A stretch of 64,000 nucleotides of DNA. Origin: an uncultured archaeon. GTDB lineage: Archaea; Asgardarchaeota; Thorarchaeia; Thorarchaeales; Thorarchaeaceae. Of this stretch, positions 39,462-49,021 are shown in pieces. The notes below the pieces were generated by a model. The model saw only the letters and a program-made list of their open reading frames with translations. It had not been told where the DNA came from and ran no database searches. Both the position numbers and the translations under genes were made by a program. The stretch's first letter is position 1, and the number at the start of each line of letters is the position of its first letter. Location of the stretch: positions 1 to 64,000 of the forward strand of contig CAYYQL010000005.1 of NCBI GenBank assembly GCA_964473825.1, in the 5' to 3' direction.

Positions 39462-39677
39462 TTACTCAGCAGAATCAAATAGCGACGCGTGATTCGAGAT
39501 GACACCACGCCGTGCTGAGAAACCGCATGTACTTGCATTACTCTCCAGCATGATATCCTCCAGTTGAGAGTCTTCTACTGTGGCATTCATTCCTATAGCA
39601 ACATACGGCCCGAGGACGGATTCAGTGGTCTCTGCGCCGGAACCAACATAGCCAGCTCCAACAATCGTGATTTTCAT
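39462..39677 (-). pseudogene. Chimeric deletion scar: nucleotide-sugar dehydrogenase N-terminus joined to sugar-phosphate nucleotidyltransferase beta-helix tail
   Basis: MKITIVGAGYVG (Rossmann start) immediately followed by SGAETTESVLGPYVAIGMNATVEDSQLED. Confidence 0.65.
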
Positions 39678-39786
39678 TGTCATCATAATCCAGTTCTTGG
39701 CCTTGATGGAGCCCTGTGCTATGCTGAGAGGTCGGCATCAACCATCAAAGTTCTTCCATGGCTATACCCAGTTCATCCCGATACTC

Positions 39787-42700
39787 CTATGCTTTTCTGA
39801 AGTCCTCCATCATGTCACTCCAGTCCTCTTCCTTCTTGGTCTTGCCGCGCCCTCGCCAAGCCTTGACCAGTAAGACGCCGAAGACTACTACCACGCCGAG
39901 TGAAACAAGGGTGACGATGTCAGTACCACCCAGCTGCATACCCTGAGCAGGACGTACTGTCACGCCCACAACATCGGACACACTGGAGCCCAGCTCATCA
40001 TAAGCCGTCATGTTGACCTCGTGGTAGCCCTCTCCGAGAGAGTCCACATTGAACTCGATGGCGCCACCATCCCATGTATTGTTAGCAACAAGGGTTCCGT
40101 TGACGTAGATCTCATAGTGACTAGGTGCGTCGGATGACGGATTCCAGGTTATTGTGTTGCCGGTGGTTCCAGCATCAACCTCCATGTCGGACTGATCCGT
40201 CACTGTTGGAGGCGGGATTGAGGCAACTTGTACAAGGACAGTATCGAAGGCGCTATTGTCATCAACATCGTAGAGGACCAAGGTGACGTTATGTGTGCCG
40301 GGAATCAGTCCATCGACATTCTCCGATATCACATTGGAAGACCATGACCCAGAGTTACGCAGACTCCCGTTCAGATAGACCGCAAATCGTGCGGGATGTT
40401 GGTCGTAGGTACTCCAGGTAATCTGGGTTCCTGTGTCACCAAAGGTGTAGTCTATATCCTCAGGATGACTTACCTGGGGAGGATTGAACTCATACACCAC
40501 GCGTAACCACACTGTATCAGCCGCCGTCATTCCGCCCGTATCCTGAACAACAAGTGTCACGTTATAGTACGCACGACTCATACCACTGACATTTACCTCA
40601 ATGGAGGATTGCGTCCAGAGGGCGGATTCGAAGACGGACGCATTGATGTAGACGGTGTAGTTCCGTGGTGTGTCATCGGCGGCGCTCCAAGTTATCGAAC
40701 CGAGCGGGAGCTCTTCTGAATACGAGATATCAGGAGGAGAATCGAGCACCGGTGGCGGATTGTAGGTCACCGTGACCCAAACCGTATCCCATGTCGAGGA
40801 GCTGCTGACATCAAACACCACAAGGGTGACATTGTGGACTCCTACTACAAGTCCGTCCACGGAAACGGTTATTGGATTGTTATCCCAGGTTCCCGACTCG
40901 TACATGGTACCATTGACCAGTACCTCATAGAAATCAGGATTCTCGGTTAGGGGACTCCAAGTCACGGAATGACCAGTCGTACCCTCCAGATATTCAAGGT
41001 CCGCTGGAGAGTCGACGATGGGGACCCCAGACTCCATGACGAAGACCCAGACTAGGTCTGTTGCAGCATTACCCGACGTGTCCGTTGCCAAAATAGTCAG
41101 GTTCCATGTACCCACTGACAGTCCATCCACGGATATTATCACAACCGTCCCGTTGAATACCCCTCCCGTGGTCTGTGAACCATTGCGGAAGATGAGATAG
41201 GAGTCAAGATATTCCTCTTGTAGCGTCCATTCGATGGAGTTACCACTTTCGTCAACGACATAGTAGATATCATCTGGACTACCAAGAATCGGAGCCCTGT
41301 TATCTATCACGTACACCCAGACGCTATCCTGTGATCGAATATCGCTCTCGTCAGCAACAACAAGTGTAACATTGTAGGTGCCAAGAGTCAGATAATCAAT
41401 CTCGAAATCTATGTCTGAACCGTTCCAGCTACCCATATCCACTATGACACTATCAACGTAAACCCAGTAGTAATGGGGATGCTCATCGGAGCATTGCCAG
41501 AGAATCGAATATCCATAGTCCCACTCCCCTCGCGTCACGTCAGCGGGGTGGTCCAAAACAGGTGGGTCGGTTTCCATGACCACAAAGACATAGACTGTGT
41601 CTATCGCGCTGTTGTCTGACGTGTCCCACAGCTGGATTGTGTAGTTGTACGAGGCGATGGAGAGTCCATCAATCTGGATGCTAATATCACTCCCCGCCCA
41701 AGCCCCTTCGGCGACAAGCGTGCCGTTGCGCCAGATCCGGTGAGAGTGGGGATGGTTATCACGAGCCGGCCAGACAAGCCAATTGCCTGTGGATCCCTCT
41801 GTATAAGTGATGTTGTCAGGATTGCCTGTTGACGGGGGCGTCATGTCGAAGACCTCGACAATGACCGAGTCCGAAGACCAGAACCCATGGGTATCGGCCA
41901 CCTTCAGGGTGAAGTTGTAGGCACCCAGAGCAATCCCCGATAAATCGAAGACAATGCTTGGTTCAGCCCAGGTTCCCTGATCTACAATTGTGCCATTCCT
42001 GAAAACCTCATAGGTCCCTGGATGCTCGTCGGATACAGACCAGGTGATGTTGACTCCGGTCTGGCCCTCGTTTATTTGGATGTCAGATGGAGAATCAACC
42101 ACCGGGGGATCTGTTTCAATGACCTCAACCATGACTGTGTCCGAGTTTGAATTGCCACTCATGTCCCAGACGGTCAGTGTGTAGTTATAGACTCCTCTCG
42201 CCAGTCCATCCAGTGATACAGTTATGCTCGAATTGTCCCATGATCCAGATTCAATGACGGAGCCGTTTCTCCGAACCTCATAGCTGGATGGATGGGCAGT
42301 TTCAGGGTTCCAGGTGATACTCTCGCCCGTCGTCCCTTCCAACATATCAACATCAGGAGGGCTGTCGATGATGGGGACGTCGGGGTCCCAGACTGTCACA
42401 ATGACAGTGTCTGTGGCCTCATTTGAGCTAGTGTCCCAGACCAACACCGTGTAGTTATAGTCACCTACCATCAGGCCATCGATTGAGATGTTGACGAATG
42501 TGCCATAGAACCCAGCCCCTGTCTGTTGAACGCCGTCTCGATATACCACTGCAGATGCAATGTATAAATCCGAAACATTCCATCGCAGCACATTTCCAGT
42601 GGTGCCTGTGAAGATGAACTGGTCCCCCGGGCTCTCAATCACCGGAGGAGTGACATCATTTACGGTCACAAAGACGGTATCGCTGGCCCAGAGGCCATTG

Positions 42701-45700
42701 ATGTCGAAGACCTGCAGGGTGTAGTTGTAGTAGCCCTTAGCCAGAGTGTCTAGAGAAAAGGTCAGTGATGAGCCATTCCAAGAAGCCCACTCTATCAGGA
42801 TGGAATCACGATACAGGGAGTAGTTCAGGGGGTGTTGGTCAGTGGGATTCCATGTCAGCGTATTCCCTGTACTCCCCTCGTCCATCGTGATATCTGCCGG
42901 TGAGTCTAGGAAGGGTGCATCATCCTCCATGACGACAAATACGAAGACACTGTCAGAGGCTGAGTTACCGTATACATCAAACACTGTCAGAGTATAGACG
43001 TAGGTTCCAATAGCCAGCCCATCAACATTCTGAGAAATAGAACCGCCAGTCCATTCGGCCGACGCAATAAGTGTCCCATTTCTCGTGACCTTATAGCTAT
43101 CAGGATGAAGGTCAGAGGGGGACCAGTGAATCTGATGTCCAGTAGTTCCTTCGTCGTAGGTGACGTCGCTCGGACTGTCTATCGTGGGGGCAACCGTATC
43201 GTAGACTCTGGGAAACGGGTCTGATGCGGACGCAGGGCCATCAATTGAGTATGCTCCGCTCCCTGAATAGTCATGCCAGTAGTTTCCGAGGGATGAACTG
43301 TCGTACCATACACTTGTAGTTGAGTCATCATAGGCATTTGCCAATGAGTTATAGCCAATCCGGTTGTAGTAGAAATGGCATGATACACCGGATTCGACAT
43401 ATAGGCCGTACTCGTCATTGTAGGTGAGGGTGTTGTTGTAGAATAGGCTCAAATCTGTACCACTCACAAAGATACCATATCGTGTGTTGTTGTGGCTATG
43501 AGAATACCGAATGATGCCATATTCGCAGCCCACCATCCGGATCCCGTTGACTGTGTGATAGACCTCAACGCCGTGAAGAGTAACGTTCAATGAATATGCG
43601 AGGAGTATCTCAGGTATCTCGGAAAAGGTCCCGTTCTCTAGACGAACGTACGAGCAGTTCACTGCAATGACCTGTGAGTAGGAGCTGATATCTAGAAATG
43701 CACCAGAGAGGTTTGCGAAGTAGGCGATTGGTACACCGTCAATCGTGTTGTTGTCAAAGTAATGGTGGAGATGACTCGCGTTTCCATCGAAGAAGACACC
43801 GCATCCATGCAGGATGTTGTCTGCAATACGGCATTGTGAAGAGGATGTGATATTCAGTCCTATGACCGTAGAATTCAAGGTGTTGAAGAAGAGGCCGGTG
43901 TTTGGGGAATCCTGAAGATGAAGGGAAATTTCCGAAGATGTAATATCGACAAAATGAATCATGCAACTGTTACAGTGATCCATGAAGATGCCAGAGACTG
44001 CATTCTGAATTGTCAACGACTCCAGAAATGACTCAGATGTGTTCACGAACCATATAGCTCTGTCACCACCGTCCACAATGCTTTCTGAAAGGGTGATGTT
44101 CAGAGAGTTCTCAACGTAAATCCCGGCCTCAGGAGCATGATTGTACGTGTTGCCTTTGATGATAGTGTGATTTGTGTGTGTGACATATAGCGAGCTCTCA
44201 AGTGAACCCTGGTACCCAACTGTACAGTTGATGGTGTTTCCCGTGATTGTGCTGCTCTCAATGTGCCAAAGTACGATACCTTCACTATTTTGATAGGCGA
44301 TGTTGTCCAGAATCTTGATGCCAGAGAGATACTCAACGAAGATACCATTCCAACAATGATGCACGGTGTTGTTTGACAGTGTAATCTCATCGCAGTATTG
44401 CACGAAAATTCCACCCCAGCCCTCGTAGAATGTGTTATCGTGAACGCTCAAATTGACACACCCGTAGACATGGAGTGTCCCGTACGATCCTCCAAGGCCA
44501 CCACCGAGGTTATGTCCCATCTCGTTCATGCTGATCCATACATCTTGACAGTTAGCAATATACGCTTGTTCGCCGTTGTAGAGCAAGGTATTCTGAACTA
44601 TGGTGATGTTTTGGCAGTTGCGAAGATAGACGCCGTCAACACAATAGGAGCTTGCTGAGTCAAGAATGTCAGAGTGGTTGGACCGTATCATGAAGATGCC
44701 CCATTCGCAATAGTCAGCTTGGACAGATGAAACTCGAACATCCGTTGAGTATGACACTCCCACTCCGATAGTCGAGTTGGGTACGCTGAGGGCTTCGACT
44801 GAAACATTCTGAGAATTGACAACCCAGACCTGCCCAGCAGGCTCAGTGATCACCATTCCGGAAACCCCATCAAGGTAAACAAGTGGCTCGCCATTCACCC
44901 AGTTTCCACTCACCTGATGCTGCCAGTTTTGCAAAAGAAGACCGCCAATCAGCCACGATTCCTTCAGATAGTTGATTCCAAGGCCTCCATCAGTGAACTG
45001 GTTGTTTTCCACGATAACTGCAGTCGAGTCGAGCAGCTCGACTCCCGCTGTCGAACTGTGAGAGATTGTGTTGTTACGGATAAGAGGTGAATCAGCACAC
45101 TCCTGAACCAGCACTCCGATGTCGTTATAGCTCATGGTGTTATACTCGATGACAGTGCCTGGTGAAGACAGCCAAAGCGTCTGCAGGCCGTACTCGGTAT
45201 TTTGCTCGATGGTGTTGTCGGTAACAACCACCGCAGAGTCGTTCCGAACAAGACCGCCAATCCGATTATTGAATATCAGGTTGTCGCGGACTATCGCGTC
45301 CTGGGTCACGGCAAACATGAATCCGTGACCGTTGTCGTGTAGAATATTGTCATGAACGCGGATGCCACTGCTGTACCATGTATTCACGCCATGATATCCA
45401 CAGCCGGCAAGATCACAATTGTATATAGTCATGTTTCTCACATTGTTCCCCCCGACGCCATAGACCCCATAGGTTGAGGCCTCCGTGGTAACATTAGCTG
45501 CAACTGAGTTGTTGGAGTATGAGAAGGCTACAGCATTCCAGCACTCCAAAGCATAGACATCCTTTGTCGTGCAGTTGTCACTGTCAGACCATAATACGGC
45601 CCTTTTGATTCTGTAGAAATCGCCTCCAGTGGTTGTGACATTCTTACACCAGAGAAGATTCGCCTGCCCATACATGTCGAGATTGATCGTTGTATTCGCA

Positions 45701-46371
45701 AGACCCTCGAAGTAGCCAATCGGTTTGCCCCCCACAGTGTTGTTGCTGAAGAAAGTGTTGTTCAGACCGCGGTTGATGTCCATACCTCCATAGGTGTTTG
45801 TGTTGTTTGCAAACAAGCCATGCTGGGGATTGTTGAAATAATGCCCATTCTGCGCAGTATTGTCCACGAATTCAAGATAGTGAGAGTGGTAAATGGCGCA
45901 GCCACTGACGAAGGTGTTGTTGACCACCGAAAGATAGTCGCAGGTCGTGGAATACATTGAACGCCAACCGTTCTCGAACTTATTATTTAGGATACGAACA
46001 TTGTCTGCCGAAATTAGTGATATGGCCACTTTCCCTTCACCGCCGAAGTAGCAGCCACGAATGTCGAGGTGCAGGGTTGTGTCAGAGATACTGATAGCGC
46101 TCTCTTCTGGGTAATCAGTGAAGTTGTATCCCTCGATGAGATAGGGCCATGATGCCGAGCCGTTTCCCGGTAGACCCAAAGCCGCCAGTTCTGCATCTCC
46201 AGTAGCAGATATCGCAGCATGAGGTGTATAGTCCGCAACCAAAGAAGATCCTAGGATTTTAGGAGCGCCAGACCAATCCGGGCCGTTGACTGGAGTAGCC
46301 AACATAATCACCAAAATAAAGAAACCTACGAAGAATACGACGTCTAAAGTCTGACCACTGCTTCTCATCAC
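39787..46371 (-). CDS. Giant surface protein: signal peptide, NosD/PbH1 right-handed beta-helix blocks, 12 Ig-like repeats, TM anchor
   Basis: Asn-rich beta-helix repeats; 12 counted ~90-aa repeats starting P...sPxD....G.TG..I.W; C-terminal TM and basic tail; many NxS/T sequons. Confidence 0.9.
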   Translation of the reverse strand: MMRSSGQTLDVVFFVGFFILVIMLATPVNGPDWSGAPKILGSSLVADYTPHAAISATGDAELAALGLPGNGSASWPYLIEGYNFTDYPEESAISISDTTLHLDIRGCYFGGEGKVAISLISADNVRILNNKFENGWRSMYSTTCDYLSVVNNTFVSGCAIYHSHYLEFVDNTAQNGHYFNNPQHGLFANNTNTYGGMDINRGLNNTFFSNNTVGGKPIGYFEGLANTTINLDMYGQANLLWCKNVTTTGGDFYRIKRAVLWSDSDNCTTKDVYALECWNAVAFSYSNNSVAANVTTEASTYGVYGVGGNNVRNMTIYNCDLAGCGYHGVNTWYSSGIRVHDNILHDNGHGFMFAVTQDAIVRDNLIFNNRIGGLVRNDSAVVVTDNTIEQNTEYGLQTLWLSSPGTVIEYNTMSYNDIGVLVQECADSPLIRNNTISHSSTAGVELLDSTAVIVENNQFTDGGLGINYLKESWLIGGLLLQNWQHQVSGNWVNGEPLVYLDGVSGMVITEPAGQVWVVNSQNVSVEALSVPNSTIGVGVSYSTDVRVSSVQADYCEWGIFMIRSNHSDILDSASSYCVDGVYLRNCQNITIVQNTLLYNGEQAYIANCQDVWISMNEMGHNLGGGLGGSYGTLHVYGCVNLSVHDNTFYEGWGGIFVQYCDEITLSNNTVHHCWNGIFVEYLSGIKILDNIAYQNSEGIVLWHIESSTITGNTINCTVGYQGSLESSLYVTHTNHTIIKGNTYNHAPEAGIYVENSLNITLSESIVDGGDRAIWFVNTSESFLESLTIQNAVSGIFMDHCNSCMIHFVDITSSEISLHLQDSPNTGLFFNTLNSTVIGLNITSSSQCRIADNILHGCGVFFDGNASHLHHYFDNNTIDGVPIAYFANLSGAFLDISSYSQVIAVNCSYVRLENGTFSEIPEILLAYSLNVTLHGVEVYHTVNGIRMVGCEYGIIRYSHSHNNTRYGIFVSGTDLSLFYNNTLTYNDEYGLYVESGVSCHFYYNRIGYNSLANAYDDSTTSVWYDSSSLGNYWHDYSGSGAYSIDGPASASDPFPRVYDTVAPTIDSPSDVTYDEGTTGHQIHWSPSDLHPDSYKVTRNGTLIASAEWTGGSISQNVDGLAIGTYVYTLTVFDVYGNSASDSVFVFVVMEDDAPFLDSPADITMDEGSTGNTLTWNPTDQHPLNYSLYRDSILIEWASWNGSSLTFSLDTLAKGYYNYTLQVFDINGLWASDTVFVTVNDVTPPVIESPGDQFIFTGTTGNVLRWNVSDLYIASAVVYRDGVQQTGAGFYGTFVNISIDGLMVGDYNYTVLVWDTSSNEATDTVIVTVWDPDVPIIDSPPDVDMLEGTTGESITWNPETAHPSSYEVRRNGSVIESGSWDNSSITVSLDGLARGVYNYTLTVWDMSGNSNSDTVMVEVIETDPPVVDSPSDIQINEGQTGVNITWSVSDEHPGTYEVFRNGTIVDQGTWAEPSIVFDLSGIALGAYNFTLKVADTHGFWSSDSVIVEVFDMTPPSTGNPDNITYTEGSTGNWLVWPARDNHPHSHRIWRNGTLVAEGAWAGSDISIQIDGLSIASYNYTIQLWDTSDNSAIDTVYVFVVMETDPPVLDHPADVTRGEWDYGYSILWQCSDEHPHYYWVYVDSVIVDMGSWNGSDIDFEIDYLTLGTYNVTLVVADESDIRSQDSVWVYVIDNRAPILGSPDDIYYVVDESGNSIEWTLQEEYLDSYLIFRNGSQTTGGVFNGTVVIISVDGLSVGTWNLTILATDTSGNAATDLVWVFVMESGVPIVDSPADLEYLEGTTGHSVTWSPLTENPDFYEVLVNGTMYESGTWDNNPITVSVDGLVVGVHNVTLVVFDVSSSSTWDTVWVTVTYNPPPVLDSPPDISYSEELPLGSITWSAADDTPRNYTVYINASVFESALWTQSSIEVNVSGMSRAYYNVTLVVQDTGGMTAADTVWLRVVYEFNPPQVSHPEDIDYTFGDTGTQITWSTYDQHPARFAVYLNGSLRNSGSWSSNVISENVDGLIPGTHNVTLVLYDVDDNSAFDTVLVQVASIPPPTVTDQSDMEVDAGTTGNTITWNPSSDAPSHYEIYVNGTLVANNTWDGGAIEFNVDSLGEGYHEVNMTAYDELGSSVSDVVGVTVRPAQGMQLGGTDIVTLVSLGVVVVFGVLLVKAWRGRGKTKKEEDWSDMMEDFRKA

Positions 46372-46777
46372 ACAAACTCCTCAGTAACGGCAATCTATCA
46401 ATGAAATCGACATCAGATGATTGTTCAATGGGTCTTCTTGCCGTTGTCGAGAAACAAGATACTGGTATTATCCAATATATTTTTCCCGTTTCAATTACTT
46501 TGGTTCCAAAGGGATATAGAGAATTCGGGTCTTGTTCAAAAAATCAATAAGACAACGCTCCCGAATCCAGCAAGTGGAGGATACAAGACCTTGCGATTAC
46601 AACTAGGCTGATGCACGTCACTAGGCGGTCATTAGCTGGTTCATTCCGTTAGTAATACGTGTCACGGCATAGTGCAGACGAAATTGTGCACTAACGTTCA
46701 AGACAATGAAATGATCTGTTGTGCTCCCCCGGTATGTGAAATTTTTCGACCAATCAACACTCACGCAGAGCTTTGAC

Positions 46778-46795
46778 TTAGAACACGTGTTCTAA
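46778..46795. repeat. Perfect 18-bp palindrome TTAGAACACGTGTTCTAA
   Basis: Read directly; marks the left edge of the duplicated segment. Confidence 0.85.
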
Positions 46796-46851
46796 ATTAT
46801 CATCCAGTTGTCTTAAGAAGGAGTGAGAAGGACACTAATCAGAGGTAGTTG

Positions 46852-47802
46852 ATGTTGAACAAGAGATCGGATGCATCAGCCTACGGCGGCAAGAGCTGGT
46901 CGCCAAGAACACAATCGTTCAGGCAAGAGATAGGCACTGTATGGAGACCGTGCGGCATTGACTCAGAATGGAATGATCTCAAGACCGTTCTCCTTCATCG
47001 GCCTGGGAGAGAGCTGGAAGATATTGTGGATGCTGATTCCGTTCAGATGATTGAGATACCCGATGGAGCCACCCTTGAGGAACAGCACGACAATATGGCA
47101 CAGGTGTATCGAGACGCAGGTGTGGATGTCCTGTATGTCGAACCCTCGGAAGTACCCCCACCCAACCTGATGTTTGTAGCCGACCTCATGTTCATGACAC
47201 CAGAAGGGGCTGTTCTGGGGCGCCCGGCCTCCACGGTCCGTGCAGGAGAGGAGAGATATGTGGCGGCCCGACTTGCTGCGCTGGGCATACCTATCATCAG
47301 AAGCGTGTCGGGGAACGGGACATTCGAGGGAGCCGATGCTCTGTGGCTTGACCCCGAGACCGTTCTGATAGGCCTTGGCCTCCGAACAAATGCTGAGGGG
47401 GCATTTCAGGTGGCCACTGTTCTCGACCAGATGGAAATTGATGCCATCCCCGTTGACCTTCCCCACGGTTCGATGCATCTGATGGGGGACTTGAGGTTCG
47501 TTGACGAGGATGTGGCCGTCTGCAGGGAGAAACGGATCTCGTATGGTGCCCTCAATGAACTGCACGAGCGCGGGTTTTCGGTCATTTTCGTGCCCGATGA
47601 TACGGAGGTCTCAAAAAAGATGGCCATGAACTTCGTCACACTCGGCCCTAGCAAGATTTTGATGCCTGAGAAAGCGCCAGAAACTCGCAAGCTCCTCGAA
47701 GACCACAGTATCGAGTGCTGCACCACCGATATAGAGGAAATCGCAAAGGCGGCGGGCGGAATCGGCTGCATGACCGGAGTGCTTGAGCGCACGCTGGTCT
47801 AG
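46852..47802 (+). CDS. Amidinotransferase / arginine deiminase (DDAH-like) family protein
   Basis: LKTVLLHRPG.EL, PNLMFVAD, FEGAD, RTN.EG, MHL, AGGIGCMT. Confidence 0.88.
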   Translation: MLNKRSDASAYGGKSWSPRTQSFRQEIGTVWRPCGIDSEWNDLKTVLLHRPGRELEDIVDADSVQMIEIPDGATLEEQHDNMAQVYRDAGVDVLYVEPSEVPPPNLMFVADLMFMTPEGAVLGRPASTVRAGEERYVAARLAALGIPIIRSVSGNGTFEGADALWLDPETVLIGLGLRTNAEGAFQVATVLDQMEIDAIPVDLPHGSMHLMGDLRFVDEDVAVCREKRISYGALNELHERGFSVIFVPDDTEVSKKMAMNFVTLGPSKILMPEKAPETRKLLEDHSIECCTTDIEEIAKAAGGIGCMTGVLERTLV

Positions 47803-47892
47803 ATTGAATGTGACCATTGATGGCCCCTGCAGGGATAGTCCGCATCTGTTGTGCTCCAGCCGTTCAATCGGCGAGGCAAATGGAAGAGAACT

Positions 47893-47993
47893 GTTCTTTG
47901 TAAGTTGGACGATCTTGGACCCAGAAGGTCGTCATCCGAGGTAACGTTACGGAGCGGCCTCTGTCGCAATCAGCGATGGTGTGTAAGTGACCA
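47893..47993 (+). ncRNA. Candidate structured RNA / dispersed repeat, copy B
   Basis: Homolog of 28974-29075 (-) with compensatory and consistent stem changes. Confidence 0.5.
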
Positions 47994-48079
47994 CGACGAA
48001 GACCACCCAGGGAAACTTGGGCAGAGTAGTCACATAGTTTATATTATTCTGGACGAAGAAGGAATAAGGGAGGAAAATC

Positions 48080-48295
48080 ATGTCATCTGAGTCGAACGGT
48101 GCAATTAAACTAACGCCAATGCAGTTAGCTTTCCTGATGATAGGATGGGTCTTGTTCATCATCGGTTGGATCATCCCAGACTTTCCAAGGATACTCCTTC
48201 AACTCTCTGTCATACTCACTGCTACAATATTGCTCATTATAGGAGTGATTCTTGGATTGGGATGGTTATTCAAGAGAATGAGCCATGAAGAATGA
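48080..48295 (+). CDS. Small 2-TM hypothetical protein
   Basis: GGAGG RBS; two hydrophobic helices. Confidence 0.6.
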   Translation: MSSESNGAIKLTPMQLAFLMIGWVLFIIGWIIPDFPRILLQLSVILTATILLIIGVILGLGWLFKRMSHEE

Positions 48296-48643
48296 TGTGA
48301 TCGGGAAAGACACTGAAACGGACAATCCTATCCTCGCTCCTGTTTGGTTATCGTCCCATCTCATATGACAGAAGTCAAAATAGAAACGTACATCTCTAGC
48401 ATGTGGTGCGATGACTGGGGCATCATATACAGTGCCGGCGTTCCTCTCGCCGATGATACTGCCCGGCATCGGAAGTGCATCGTGATGAGCCGCATATCAT
48501 GTATCGTATACCAGCTGACCCCCATCATCGGCAAATCGCTTCTATCCTGTCAGAAGAAGAATGATGAATCACCGCTTGTCCTCCCGATTGGATCGCTGTC
48601 TGAATTTCAATCTGGTTCAACAGCACAATGGGTGATGCCAAAT

Positions 48644-49021
48644 CTACCCGATTTCAAGTATGTCTTTCAGGACAAGGCGTATCTTTGTCAGCAGTCGCGA
48701 ATTGATTCTTCCAGTTACGGACTCGATTCTGTCAGTGGACACTGCACGAATATTGTGACACAGTGCATATGAGTCGCTTCTCAGTCCGCCGTGCCTGTTC
48801 AGGGGTACTACCGTCCAATAGTTTCTTGGAGTAGTGGTTAGTGGTACTGTTATGGCGATGGCGAGGCTGGAACTCCCTCCCCTGTGTTTGGTGGGCACTG
48901 AGACCACCACGTTCGGCCTCCTTCCACCTTGTTCATGTCCCACCGTAGGCTCTAAGTCCATGACGGCGATATCTCCGGGACTGACCGACTGCACTAGAAC
49001 CTCACTCCAGACCATCGTCAT
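48644..49021 (-). CDS. PemK/MazF-family endoribonuclease toxin
   Basis: GDI..MDLEPTVGHEQGGRRPNVVVS...VPLTT...SYALCHNIRAVS..RI; true start may be GTG ~48994. Confidence 0.9.
   Translation of the reverse strand: MTMVWSEVLVQSVSPGDIAVMDLEPTVGHEQGGRRPNVVVSVPTKHRGGSSSLAIAITVPLTTTPRNYWTVVPLNRHGGLRSDSYALCHNIRAVSTDRIESVTGRINSRLLTKIRLVLKDILEIG

Noticed and set aside
48296-48640. Possible decayed gene between the small TM ORF and PemK
   Set aside because: No frame gave a recognisable motif; cannot be supported without a search
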